Made by a program: the position numbers and the translations under genes. The notes under the pieces were generated by a model. It searched no databases, was not told the DNA's origin, and saw only the letters and a list, made by a program, of their open reading frames with translations. DNA of 54,251 nucleotides from positions 1 through 54,251 of the forward strand of contig JBDSKE010000003.1 in the NCBI GenBank assembly GCA_039917105.1, read 5' to 3'. How positions within the stretch are numbered: the first letter of the stretch is position 1; every line of letters starts with the position of its first letter. The DNA is from Candidatus Eiseniibacteriota bacterium (GTDB lineage Bacteria > Eisenbacteria > RBG-16-71-46). This document shows, piece by piece, positions 7,651 to 16,640 of this stretch.

Positions 7651-9700
7651 CGAGACGGGCACGCCAGTGGCGGGCGCGGTGTGGGCCGGGCGGCTCAAGG
7701 CCGGTCTCGACCCGCGTGCCCAGAAGCTCAACGACTCGCTGCCGGTGGATGCGCGCCTATGGCCCGAGGAGATCACGCTCTCGCGTGGCTGGTCCACCAC
7801 GCTCGCCGAATGCGGCGTGCTGTCCGCCACTGAGCATGACGCTTTGCTCAATGCCTGCGATTCGCTCGAGGCGGACCTCGCCTCGGGGGCAGCGAAGCTC
7901 GTCGGAGAAGACGTGCATTCCGCGGTCGAGGCCGCGCTTGAACACCGTTGCGGGGATCCCGCGCGCCGGCTGCACACGGGTCGGAGCCGGAACGACCAGG
8001 TTGCAACGCTGTTCCGCATGCACGTGATGCGCTTGGCCGAGGAAGCCATTGAAGGCGTGCGGGATCTGGAGCGCGCGCTGGTCCACCAGGCGCAGCGCTC
8101 GGGCGACCTCGCGGGCGCGGCCTACACCCACCTGCAGCCGGCGCAACCGGTGTTGTTCGCGCATTGGTGGTTGGCGCATGTGGCCGCACTCGAGCGCGAC
8201 GAAGAGCGCTTCGCCGCGGCGCGGGAAGCCGCGGATCGCATGCCATTGGGCTCGGGCGCCATCGCCGGCACGCCCTTGGTGCACGACCGTTACGCGTTGG
8301 CGACCCGGCTTGGCTTCAGTCGACTGGCGGCCAACAGCATCGACGCCACCTGCGACCGCGACTTCGCGCTCGAGTACCTGCAGGCCGCCGCCATGCTGGG
8401 CTTGCACCTCTCGCGCTTGGCCGAGGATCTCGTTCTGGGCTGCTCGGCGGCATTCGGTTGGTTCCGTGCACCGGATGGCTTCAGCACCGGCTCCAGCTTG
8501 CTGCCCCAGAAGCGCAATCCCGACGTCTTCGAACTCACGCGTGGCAAGAGCGCTCGCTTGCTGGCTAACGCGCAACACCTGGCTGTGCTCCTCAAGGGCC
8601 TGCCTTCCGGTTACCAGAAGGACCTGCAGGAGGACAAGGAAGCGGTGTTCGATACCGGCGACACGCTGAGCACGTTGCTCGCGGCGCTCGCCCCGGCCGT
8701 GGCCGCGCTTGAACCCGAGCGCGATCGCATCGCCGCCACGCTCACGCCCGACCTGCTCGCGGTGGAACTCGCCGACGCGCTCGTGGAGCAGGGCGTGCCG
8801 TTCCGTGACGCGCACCGCGTCGTAGGTCAGTTGTGGGCCGTGGCGGAACAGGCCGGCGTCGCACCCTCTGCGTTGCCTGAGGCTGAACGCCTGGCATTGC
8901 ACGCTTCGTTCACTGATACGCAATTGGGTGCGCTCACCGTCCAGGCATCGCTCGCGCGCCGTTCGCATGCGCCCGGCGCAGGTGCGCGCTCGGTGGCCGA
9001 GCAGTTGGCGCACGCCCAGGCGCGGCTGGGCCTGGGGCCGGGCGACCTGCTGGTTGGCGCCGAGGCGAACGATGCACCGGCTGCCACGCCGTCGGTGGCG
9101 ACGAGTCCCAGCACTCGAGAAGGCACGCTCAAAGTGCTCGAGGGCGGAATCGTGGTGCGTCGTGCGCGACTTGCCGATGTGCCCGGCATCGCCGGCGTGA
9201 TGGCCAGCTACGTGGCCGACGGGGTCCTCTTGCCCCGTCCCGTGTCGGAGCTTTTCCAATGTGTGCGGGAGTTCTTCGTTGCCGAGCATGATGGCGAGAT
9301 CGTGGCATCCGCCGCGCTGCGCGTGCTGTGGCGCGACATGGGAGAAGTGCGCTCGCTCGCGGTGCGTCAGGACCACCATGGCCGCGGGCTCGGTGCCGCG
9401 CTGGTCGAAGCGGTGATTGGTGATGCGCGTGCGCTGGGCGTGCCGCGATTGATCGCGCTCACGCGCGAAGTCCCGTTCTTCGAACGCTGTGGGTTCACCG
9501 TGGAACAGCGCGAAGCCCTGCCCCGCAAGGTCTGGACCGATTGCGTCCGTTGCCCCAAGCGGCATGCCTGCGACGAAATCGCCGTCGTGCTCGACTTGGT
9601 GCCCAACGTGCCCGAGAGCGCACTGCAGCGCACGCGCGCCTACACGCTATCCATGCCCACCGCGGTCCCCACTGAACCCCTGCTCCCCATCCTCTCGTGA
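7640..9700 (+). CDS. argH: Argininosuccinate lyase fused to a C-terminal GNAT domain of the short N-acetylglutamate-synthase type (ArgH(A)-type bifunctional protein)
   Basis: ATG 7640 overlaps argG by 11 nt. Lyase signatures TGRSRNDQVAT and GSSLLPQKRNPD. After ~470 aa comes an Ala/Pro/Ser linker, then from ~9128 a GNAT domain: VVRRARLADVPGIAGVM...EFFVAEHDGEIVASAALRVLWRDMGEVRSLAV...GRGLG...LTREVPFFERCGF. Confidence 0.93.
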   Translation: MSADETGTPVAGAVWAGRLKAGLDPRAQKLNDSLPVDARLWPEEITLSRGWSTTLAECGVLSATEHDALLNACDSLEADLASGAAKLVGEDVHSAVEAALEHRCGDPARRLHTGRSRNDQVATLFRMHVMRLAEEAIEGVRDLERALVHQAQRSGDLAGAAYTHLQPAQPVLFAHWWLAHVAALERDEERFAAAREAADRMPLGSGAIAGTPLVHDRYALATRLGFSRLAANSIDATCDRDFALEYLQAAAMLGLHLSRLAEDLVLGCSAAFGWFRAPDGFSTGSSLLPQKRNPDVFELTRGKSARLLANAQHLAVLLKGLPSGYQKDLQEDKEAVFDTGDTLSTLLAALAPAVAALEPERDRIAATLTPDLLAVELADALVEQGVPFRDAHRVVGQLWAVAEQAGVAPSALPEAERLALHASFTDTQLGALTVQASLARRSHAPGAGARSVAEQLAHAQARLGLGPGDLLVGAEANDAPAATPSVATSPSTREGTLKVLEGGIVVRRARLADVPGIAGVMASYVADGVLLPRPVSELFQCVREFFVAEHDGEIVASAALRVLWRDMGEVRSLAVRQDHHGRGLGAALVEAVIGDARALGVPRLIALTREVPFFERCGFTVEQREALPRKVWTDCVRCPKRHACDEIAVVLDLVPNVPESALQRTRAYTLSMPTAVPTEPLLPILS

Positions 9701-10701
9701 AGAAGGAGGTGTCGCCGTTGGCTCAGTCGCCCCCGCATCTGATCGATCTCCTGGGTCTGGAGCGTGCATTCGTCCTCGAGTTGTTCGCCGAAGCCGACCG
9801 CCTGCGCGCCGCCCGTGGCACCGCGCGCGCGCCCAAGCCGCTCTCGGGTAAGACTGCCGCGTTGGTGTTCCACAAACCGTCGCTGCGCACGCGCGTGTCG
9901 TTCACGGTGGGCATGCATGAACTGGGCGGCGACGCCATTGATCTGGGCGCCACCGAAGTGAGCGAGCACGGCCGCGAGAGTGTGCCCGATGTGGCGCATG
10001 TCCTGAGCGGCATGTGCGATCTGGTTGTGGTGCGCACTTTCTCGCACACCCTGGTCCAGAAGTTGGCGAAGCACAGCACGATTCCCGTGATCAACGCCCT
10101 CACCGATCACTCGCACCCCTGTCAGATCCTGGCCGATCTTTACACCCTCTGGCGCGCGGGACGCGACTTGGACCAGATTCAGGTGGCGTGGGTTGGCGAC
10201 GGCAATAACGTCCTGCACTCGTGGCTCGAGGCGGCCACGTTGTTCGGGTTCCAGTTGCGCGTCGCCGTGCCCGACGGGTTCGAGCCCGATGCCGGCCTGT
10301 ACATCCATGCCGAGCTGAACGCCAAGGGCGGGGTGCGTCGCGTCCGCGACCCGCAGGAAGCTGTGCGCGGCGCGGATGTGATCTACACCGATACTTGGAC
10401 CAGCATGGGCCAGGAAGCCGAGGCCGAATGGCGGCGCGTCGCGTTCGCGGGGTATCAGGTGGACGAGCGCCTGCTTGCCATGGCCGCACCCGAGGCGGCC
10501 TTCATGCACTGCCTGCCGGCGCACCGGGGCGAGGAAGTGACAGACGCCGTGATCGACGGAGCGCAGAGTGTCGTCATCGAGCAAGCCGAGAACCGCCTGC
10601 ATCTGCAGAAGGCGCTCATGGCGGCGCTGGTCGCGGGCACCCCGACTCGGGCCCGGCGCACGGCGCGCAAACCAGAGAAGGCCGCGGCGGCGGTGGCATG
10701 A
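9697..10701 (+). CDS. argF: Ornithine carbamoyltransferase
   Basis: GTG 9697 overlaps the argH stop (GTGA). Motifs KPSLRTRVSF, HPCQILADL, DTWTSMGQE (ornithine loop) and HCLPAHRGEEV. Confidence 0.9.
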   Translation: MKKEVSPLAQSPPHLIDLLGLERAFVLELFAEADRLRAARGTARAPKPLSGKTAALVFHKPSLRTRVSFTVGMHELGGDAIDLGATEVSEHGRESVPDVAHVLSGMCDLVVVRTFSHTLVQKLAKHSTIPVINALTDHSHPCQILADLYTLWRAGRDLDQIQVAWVGDGNNVLHSWLEAATLFGFQLRVAVPDGFEPDAGLYIHAELNAKGGVRRVRDPQEAVRGADVIYTDTWTSMGQEAEAEWRRVAFAGYQVDERLLAMAAPEAAFMHCLPAHRGEEVTDAVIDGAQSVVIEQAENRLHLQKALMAALVAGTPTRARRTARKPEKAAAAVA

Positions 10702-11630
10702 GCGATTCACAAACCCTCTTCGACGCCGTGATCGTGGGCGGAGGACCCGCGGGACTCAGCGCCGCATTGGTGCTGGGGCGCTGTCGGCGCCGCGTGCTGG
10801 TGTGTGATGAAGGGCACCCGCGCAACGCGGCCTCACACGCCCTGCACGGATACCTGAGCCGCGACGGTATCCCGCCCGCAGAACTGTTGCGCATTGGACG
10901 AGAACATTTGCGTCCCTATGAGACCGTGCAATCGCGTTCGGTCGGCGTGACGGATGCCCGGCCACTCAAGGGCCACTTCGCCGTGACGCTTGCGGATGGA
11001 AGCTCGGTGGCCGCGCGCAAGGTGCTCTTGGCAACCGGCGTTACCGACCTGCTTCCCCCACTGGCAGGCATGCACGATTTTTACGGATCGAGCGTCTTCC
11101 ATTGCCCTTACTGCGACGGATGGGAACTTCGCGACCAACGGCTGGCGGTCTATGGAAAGGGCGAGCATGGAAGCAAATTGGCCTTCGAGCTGACGACATG
11201 GAGCACGCAACTCCTGCTCTGCACCGATGGCCCCTCGGAGTTGAACGAGGACGACTGCGGGCGCTTGCACCGGCTGGGGATCGAGATCCACCAGGATAAG
11301 ATCCGTGGGCTGGAGGGCACCGCCGGCATATTGGAGCGGATACGATTCGTGGATGGAACTTCGGTGAGCTGCCGGGCGATGTTCTTCAGCACCGGGGAAG
11401 CCCAAAGCTGCGGCTTGGCCGCCCAGCTCGGCTGCAAGTTCACCCCCAAGGGGACGGTCAACACGGGGGAATACGAGACCACGAATATTCCGGGACTCTA
11501 CGTTGCCGGAGACGCTTCGCGCGATGTGCAGGCGGTGATCGTCGCCGCCGCAGAGGGCTATGAGGCCGCTGTGGCAATCAACACCGCTCTGGCCCGGGAG
11601 GATCTGGACGCGCGGCTGCAGCATGCTTGA
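10698..11630 (+). CDS. Thioredoxin-reductase-like FAD/NAD(P)-dependent oxidoreductase with a CxxC motif
   Basis: ATG 10698 overlaps the argF stop (ATGA). FAD motif VIVGGGPAGLSAAL. Redox motif FHCPYCDGWE. C-terminal GLYVAGDA. Confidence 0.85.
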   Translation: MSDSQTLFDAVIVGGGPAGLSAALVLGRCRRRVLVCDEGHPRNAASHALHGYLSRDGIPPAELLRIGREHLRPYETVQSRSVGVTDARPLKGHFAVTLADGSSVAARKVLLATGVTDLLPPLAGMHDFYGSSVFHCPYCDGWELRDQRLAVYGKGEHGSKLAFELTTWSTQLLLCTDGPSELNEDDCGRLHRLGIEIHQDKIRGLEGTAGILERIRFVDGTSVSCRAMFFSTGEAQSCGLAAQLGCKFTPKGTVNTGEYETTNIPGLYVAGDASRDVQAVIVAAAEGYEAAVAINTALAREDLDARLQHA

Positions 11631-11678
11631 GGAAGGCGTAGAACGACCCTCGATCCCCCTGTGCTAACCTGCCGCGCC

Positions 11679-13667
11679 ATGAAACCAATGCCTCTGAATC
11701 GCGCTGTCGCCATGCTCGCCGCGGCTTTCCTCGCCCTCGCAATGACCTCATTGGCGCCCGCCCAGACCCGTACTTCATTGCCCTCACGCGCCGGCCGTGG
11801 CCCCTCGCCAGATAGTATCGTGCGCGCCGTTTTCGCCGCCGGATCGGCTCGTGTCACCGCGGTGCCTGTCGTCAGCGCCGATATCCCGCGCTATTGGCAG
11901 ACCCGCGCCGAGCGCACTCGCTATGTTCAGAGCGCGGATTACGAGGAGACCATGCGCTACTGCCGCCAGCTGGAGGCAGGTTCGCGCTGGATCAAGCTCG
12001 ATTCGTATGGCCGCAGTGGCCAGGGCCGCGAGTTGCCGCTGCTGATCCTCTCCAAGGAACGTGCCTTCACGCCAGAGGCGGCCCGCGCCCTCCACAGGCC
12101 CGTTGTCCTGATCCAGAATGGCATTCATGCCGGCGAGATCGAGGGCAAGGATGCCTGCTTGGCGCTGGCGCGCGACCTGGCAGTGCTGCGCAGCCGAGCC
12201 GACCTGCTCGACTCGTGCACGGTCTTGATTCTGCCCATTTTCTCGGTGGACGCACATGAGCGCCGCGGTCGTTTCAACCGCATCAACCAGAATGGACCCG
12301 AGGAGATGGGCTGGCGCCACACGCCGGCGGGCCTCAACCTGAATCGCGATTACGTGAAGGCCGAATCACCCGAGATGCGCGCGCTCCTGACGAACGTGTA
12401 CAGCAAGTGGTGGCCCGAGCTTCTGATCGATGACCACACCACCGATGGCGCCGACTATCGCCACGACGTGACTTACGCGTTCCAGCATGGCCCGACATGC
12501 CCGCCCAGCATCGAGCGCTGGTTCACCGAAGCGTTCGAGGGCCGCGTGCTGCCCCGCCTGACCCAGATGGGACATCTACCGGCGCCCTACCTGTCGTTCC
12601 GCGGCACTACTCCCACCACCGGGATCGATTTCGGCGCCACCACGCCACGCTACTCCACCGGCTATGCTCCACTGCACGGCCGCGCCGGACTCCTGGTGGA
12701 GACTCACATGCTCAAGCCGTATGGCTCGCGCGTGAAGGCGACCTATGACCTGTTGGTCGGGGTGCTTGAGGAACTCCATGCTCGACCGCGCGCGCTCATG
12801 CTGGCGGTGGCAGAAGCCGAGGCACGGGCGACGGCGCGGGGCGCCGAGCCTGATCCGGCCAAGCGGGCATTCGTCATGACCAGCATTTCCACCGACAAGG
12901 CGGTGCTGTTCCCATTCAAGGGCGTGGTCACGGCTTGGGAGGCCAGCGACATCACCGGCGACAAGGTGCCGCGCTACACCAGCGCGCCGTGGGACACTTT
13001 GATTCCGCTGTACCGCGACCTTGCGCCCTTGCTGACCGTGACGCTGCCGGTCGGCTACTTGATCCCCCAGGAGTGGACCGTCGCGATCGATAAGCTCGAT
13101 GTGCATGGCGTGAAATACCGCCGCCTGGCCAAGGCCTTGCGCGACACGGTCGAGATGACCCGCATCATGGAATGGAGCGCCGGGGCGGGCACCTTCGAGG
13201 GCCATCGACTGGTGAGCGTCAAGAAAGTTCGAACCGAGCGCCAAGTGCGTGCCTTCCGCCCTGGCGATGTGTGGGTGCCACTCGAGCAACGCTCCTCCGC
13301 GCTTGTCGCAATCCTGTGCGAAGCGCAATCGCCCGACGGCCTGATGGCGTGGAACACGTTCGACACCATCTTCCAACTCAAGGAGTCCGGAGAGCAATAC
13401 GTCATGGAACCAGTCGCACGACAGATGCTCGCAGCCGACTCCAAGCTTGCGGAGGAGTTCCGGGCCAAGCTCGTGAACGACACCACTTTCGCCAGGAGTC
13501 CCAGCGCCAGGATCGATTTCTTCTACCGTCGCTCGCCCTGGGCCGACAGCGAGCAGGACCTGATGCCGATCGCGCGGGCGCTCCGCGCGGTACCCGAGGC
13601 AGTATTGGCGCCACTTCCGGGTGCGCCGCCTGCACCCGGCAAGCCCACCGACAGAGGCCGCCGCTGA
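11679..13667 (+). CDS. Secreted M14-family zinc carboxypeptidase
   Basis: Signal-like N-terminus MKPMPLNRAVAMLAAAFLALAMTSLAPAQ. HxxE zinc motif IHAGEIEGKD, plus LNLNRDY and DDHTTDG. The start could also be the GTG at 11661. Confidence 0.87.
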   Translation: MKPMPLNRAVAMLAAAFLALAMTSLAPAQTRTSLPSRAGRGPSPDSIVRAVFAAGSARVTAVPVVSADIPRYWQTRAERTRYVQSADYEETMRYCRQLEAGSRWIKLDSYGRSGQGRELPLLILSKERAFTPEAARALHRPVVLIQNGIHAGEIEGKDACLALARDLAVLRSRADLLDSCTVLILPIFSVDAHERRGRFNRINQNGPEEMGWRHTPAGLNLNRDYVKAESPEMRALLTNVYSKWWPELLIDDHTTDGADYRHDVTYAFQHGPTCPPSIERWFTEAFEGRVLPRLTQMGHLPAPYLSFRGTTPTTGIDFGATTPRYSTGYAPLHGRAGLLVETHMLKPYGSRVKATYDLLVGVLEELHARPRALMLAVAEAEARATARGAEPDPAKRAFVMTSISTDKAVLFPFKGVVTAWEASDITGDKVPRYTSAPWDTLIPLYRDLAPLLTVTLPVGYLIPQEWTVAIDKLDVHGVKYRRLAKALRDTVEMTRIMEWSAGAGTFEGHRLVSVKKVRTERQVRAFRPGDVWVPLEQRSSALVAILCEAQSPDGLMAWNTFDTIFQLKESGEQYVMEPVARQMLAADSKLAEEFRAKLVNDTTFARSPSARIDFFYRRSPWADSEQDLMPIARALRAVPEAVLAPLPGAPPAPGKPTDRGRR

Positions 13668-13775
13668 GCATTTCCACCAGCGAAAGCCCGGACAAAGAGC
13701 ATCTTGCGAGCCTTGGATATGCTACTCTGACGTGGATTCCGAAGCCCACCCGCCAACCCTCGCGAGTCCCCTCGC

Positions 13776-14291
13776 ATGCGCCTCATCCTGTTTCGACATG
13801 GCCTTGCCGGAGAGCGTGATCCGCTCCGCTGGCCCGAGGACCGCGACCGCCCGCTCACTGAAAAAGGGGTGGAGCGCACCCGCCAGGCGGTGCGCGGCAT
13901 CCTTCGGCTGGAGCGTCGCCTGACGCACGTTCTCGCCAGTCCGCTGGTGCGGGCCGACCAGACCGCCGCACTCCTCTTGGTGACCGCCGGCCTGGCAGGC
14001 GATCCCGAACATCTCGAGTCGCTGGTGCCGGGTGGTTCCTGGCGCAAGACGATGGCAAGACTCGAAGCCATGCCCGCCGACACGGTGATTGCCCTGGTCG
14101 GGCATGAGCCTGACCTTGGCAAACTCGCAGGCGTATTGTTGTTCGGAGCCCCACGCCCCCTGCCGCTCAAAAAGGCAGGCGCGTGCAGCATCGATTTCGA
14201 AATCAAGGCCACCACGGGCGCTGGCACCCTGCGCTGGTTCCTGGCCCCGCGCGCACTACGGCAACTGGCCGGCAGGAGGAAGAACGTATGA
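13776..14291 (+). CDS. sixA: SixA-type phosphohistidine phosphatase
   Basis: 171 aa. RHG motif in MRLILFRHGLAGE. LVGHEPDLG is also present. Confidence 0.85.
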   Translation: MRLILFRHGLAGERDPLRWPEDRDRPLTEKGVERTRQAVRGILRLERRLTHVLASPLVRADQTAALLLVTAGLAGDPEHLESLVPGGSWRKTMARLEAMPADTVIALVGHEPDLGKLAGVLLFGAPRPLPLKKAGACSIDFEIKATTGAGTLRWFLAPRALRQLAGRRKNV

Positions 14292-15040
14292 CCACGGTCC
14301 GCAGCTATGGGCAGCGACCCAACCCGTATCCGGGCAAGCTGTTCATCGTCGAGGGCATCGACGGCTCGGGCAAGAGCACCCAATTGACCCTGCTCGCTCA
14401 ATGGTTGCGAAGCGAAGGGCATCTGGTCGTGTTCAGCGAATGGAACTCCTCGCCAGTCGTCAGCAGCACCACCTCGCGGGGGAAGAAGCGACAGTTGCTC
14501 ACGCCGCTCACCTTTTCGCTGATCCACGCCACCGATTTCTCGGACCGAATCGAACGCGACATCATTCCCGCGCTCAAGGCGGGGGCCATCGTGCTTGCGG
14601 ATCGTTATGTTTACACCGCATTCGCGCGCGACGTGGCTCGTGGCGTCGACCGCGCATGGGTCCGCTCGCTGTATCGCTTTGCGACATTGCCAACGCTGGC
14701 GCTTTACTTCCGCGTTCCCCTGGATGTGGCGTTGTACCGCATCCTGTCGGGCCGACCCAAGCTCAAGTGGTATGAAGCCGGCATGGACATGGGGCTGCAC
14801 ACCGACGTGACCGAATCGTACAAACTCTTCCAGGGCAGCATCCAGGAAGAGTACGAGCACATCGTGGGTGAGTATGGCCTTGCGGTGATGGACGCCACAC
14901 GCCCGGTCGAGGTGCAACAGCGGGCGTTGCGGGAGTTGATCGCGCCCTACCTCGTGGGCGAAACACCCGGTCCGCTCGGTCCTGACTCCCCGGTGCTCGT
15001 CCAGCCGGATCACCCGGCGCGGGTGGAGGCATCGCGATGA
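14288..15040 (+). CDS. Thymidylate-kinase-like P-loop kinase, paralogue 1 (canonical Walker A)
   Basis: ATG 14288 overlaps the sixA stop (ATGA). Tmk-type P-loop FIVEGIDGSGKSTQ. DRY motif LADRYVYT. Non-canonical LID region KLKWYEAGMD. About 250 aa. Confidence 0.85.
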   Translation: MTTVRSYGQRPNPYPGKLFIVEGIDGSGKSTQLTLLAQWLRSEGHLVVFSEWNSSPVVSSTTSRGKKRQLLTPLTFSLIHATDFSDRIERDIIPALKAGAIVLADRYVYTAFARDVARGVDRAWVRSLYRFATLPTLALYFRVPLDVALYRILSGRPKLKWYEAGMDMGLHTDVTESYKLFQGSIQEEYEHIVGEYGLAVMDATRPVEVQQRALRELIAPYLVGETPGPLGPDSPVLVQPDHPARVEASR

Positions 15041-15750
15041 GGCGCTTCGAGTCCTATGGAACCGGCATCCCGAGAGTCCGCTTGGACGATTTATCCGGCT
15101 GGCTCATCGTGATCGAAGGCACCGATGGCGTCGGGCGCACCACGCACATCAACAAGCTCCGCACCCATCTGGAGCGCCTGGGATATGCGGTGGCCGAAAC
15201 CGGCCTGACCCGTTCGGATCTCGCCAGCCGTGGCATCCGCAGTGCCAAGTTGGGCAACACACTCGGGTCCAAGGCATTCAATCTTTTCTATGCGACCGAT
15301 TTCGCCGACCGCCTTGAGCAGCAGATCGTGCCCGCGTTGCGCAGTGGGTTTGTGATGCTCACGGATCGCTATGTGTATTCGCTCATCGCGCGCGCCATCG
15401 TACGAGGCGCCGAACCCGACTGGATCAAGCAGGTCTTCTCATTCGCGCTCAAGCCAGACGCCACGTTCTACCTGCGCATCGGTGTGGACGAGCTCGTACC
15501 CCGCGTGCTGTCGGACGGGGGGGGATTCGACTACTGGGAATCGGGCATGGATCTTCCCATGGGTGACGATCTTTACGATTCGTTCATGAATTACCAGCGC
15601 CGTATCATCCAGGAACTCGACACACTGGCGCGCGAATATGCATTCCAGACGATCGATGCCACGCTCAAGGTTGACGAGATCTCGCGGGACCTGTGCGATC
15701 GCGTCGCGGATGTGTTGGCGCAACGGCCGAAACCACTAAGCAAGGTTTGA
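15037..15750 (+). CDS. Thymidylate-kinase-like protein, paralogue 2 (Walker A Lys replaced by Arg)
   Basis: ATG 15037 overlaps the upstream stop (ATGA). P-loop VIEGTDGVGRTTH has GR instead of GK. DRY motif LTDRYVYS. It shares ATDF.DR.E..I.PAL and YWESGMD with paralogue 1. Confidence 0.8.
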   Translation: MRRFESYGTGIPRVRLDDLSGWLIVIEGTDGVGRTTHINKLRTHLERLGYAVAETGLTRSDLASRGIRSAKLGNTLGSKAFNLFYATDFADRLEQQIVPALRSGFVMLTDRYVYSLIARAIVRGAEPDWIKQVFSFALKPDATFYLRIGVDELVPRVLSDGGGFDYWESGMDLPMGDDLYDSFMNYQRRIIQELDTLAREYAFQTIDATLKVDEISRDLCDRVADVLAQRPKPLSKV

Positions 15751-15755
15751 ACGAG

Positions 15756-16640
15756 ATGCTCGTCCCAGCGTCCGGCGACGTGGCGGATCTGGCTCGTGAA
15801 CTGCGCGCCGCCATGCTGCGCCGGGCCGCCCGGCTCATGCGGACGGCTTCGCGCGTGCGCCAGGATCAGGACCCCGGGGCCGTCCACGACCTGCGCGTCG
15901 CCATCCGTCGCCTTGAGGCGGCCCTTTTCGTGTGGCAGCGGCTGCTGGCAGCCAAGCCGCTTCGCCGGACCATGCGGACCTTGCGCAGCCTGCGTCGCAA
16001 GGCAGGCGCCACGCGCGAATCCGAACTGCATGCCATGCTGATCCGCACGCATCTGGAGGCGGCGCCCGCCGAGTTCCGCGACGCGCTCGAGCATGTGATT
16101 GAAATGCTCGAGGAACGCCGCAATCTGGACGCGACCAAGCTGCGGGTCCGCGTGGCACCTTGGCGCATCGAGCGCCTCACCCGCCGACTGCGGCGCACGC
16201 TGCGGCCTTTGGCGAGCGCGCTGCCCTTCGTGCACGACCCGGAGCGCGACGCCCTTGCGCGGGTCGAGCAACAACGACGCAGAGCGCTCACGGCGCTGCT
16301 CGAGGCCCATCCCAGCGCGTCCGACACTGCGCTGCACGAGGCGCGACTCTGGGTGAAACGTTGGCGGTATGCCGAGGAGGCGCTCACCGCAGCCGGCGGG
16401 CCGGAGATCGCGGGAGACGAGACCCTGCGGGAGCTGCAACAGGTGCTGGGCGAGATCCAGGATCGGGCCACGCTTCGCGTGCGCGCGCTCGAGTTGGTCA
16501 ACGAGCAGGTCCGGCGCGACAACACCTCTGGCGCCGCTGCACTGCAGTGGCTCATCACGCAGTTGGAGTCCGAACGCCTCGACGCGGTGGAGCGGTTCCG
16601 TTCGCGGCCCCAGCCCGTTGACCGCGGCTCACCGGCTTGA
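15756..16640 (+). CDS. CHAD domain protein (polyphosphate-granule-associated domain family)
   Basis: ATG 15756 lies 5 nt after the upstream stop. CHAD signature VHDLRVAIRRLEAALFVW, and a second helix-pair motif LHEARLWVKRWRYAEE. The start is somewhat uncertain. Confidence 0.82.
   Translation: MLVPASGDVADLARELRAAMLRRAARLMRTASRVRQDQDPGAVHDLRVAIRRLEAALFVWQRLLAAKPLRRTMRTLRSLRRKAGATRESELHAMLIRTHLEAAPAEFRDALEHVIEMLEERRNLDATKLRVRVAPWRIERLTRRLRRTLRPLASALPFVHDPERDALARVEQQRRRALTALLEAHPSASDTALHEARLWVKRWRYAEEALTAAGGPEIAGDETLRELQQVLGEIQDRATLRVRALELVNEQVRRDNTSGAAALQWLITQLESERLDAVERFRSRPQPVDRGSPA

Noticed and set aside
7757-9565. 602-aa minus-strand ORF antisense to argH, plus similar long antisense or off-frame ORFs: 4216-5226, 5009-6370, 6928-8049, 9640-10710, 13523-15013, 15866-16885, 21673-22707, 26351-27451, 37428-38405, 38412-39560, 43112-44203, 45457-46704 and 46476-47357
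   Set aside because: All lie opposite or out of frame to genes with unambiguous family motifs. All have Arg/Gly/Pro/His-rich, low-information translations. Stop-codon scarcity in GC-rich DNA explains them.
9697-10701. Whether argF is an N-acetyl- or N-succinyl-ornithine transcarbamylase, which would explain the missing argE/argJ
   Set aside because: The canonical ornithine-binding DxxxSMG (DTWTSMG) and HCLP motifs are intact. As far as I recall, they are altered in the acyl-ornithine enzymes.
14288-15750. Whether the Tmk-like genes are simply PPK2 polyphosphate kinases
   Set aside because: The P-loop context EG.DG.GK(S/T)T and the DRY motif are Tmk-type rather than the PPK2 pattern as I remember it. 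The proteins are also shorter than typical PPK2. They are kept as Tmk-like with an unknown phosphodonor.
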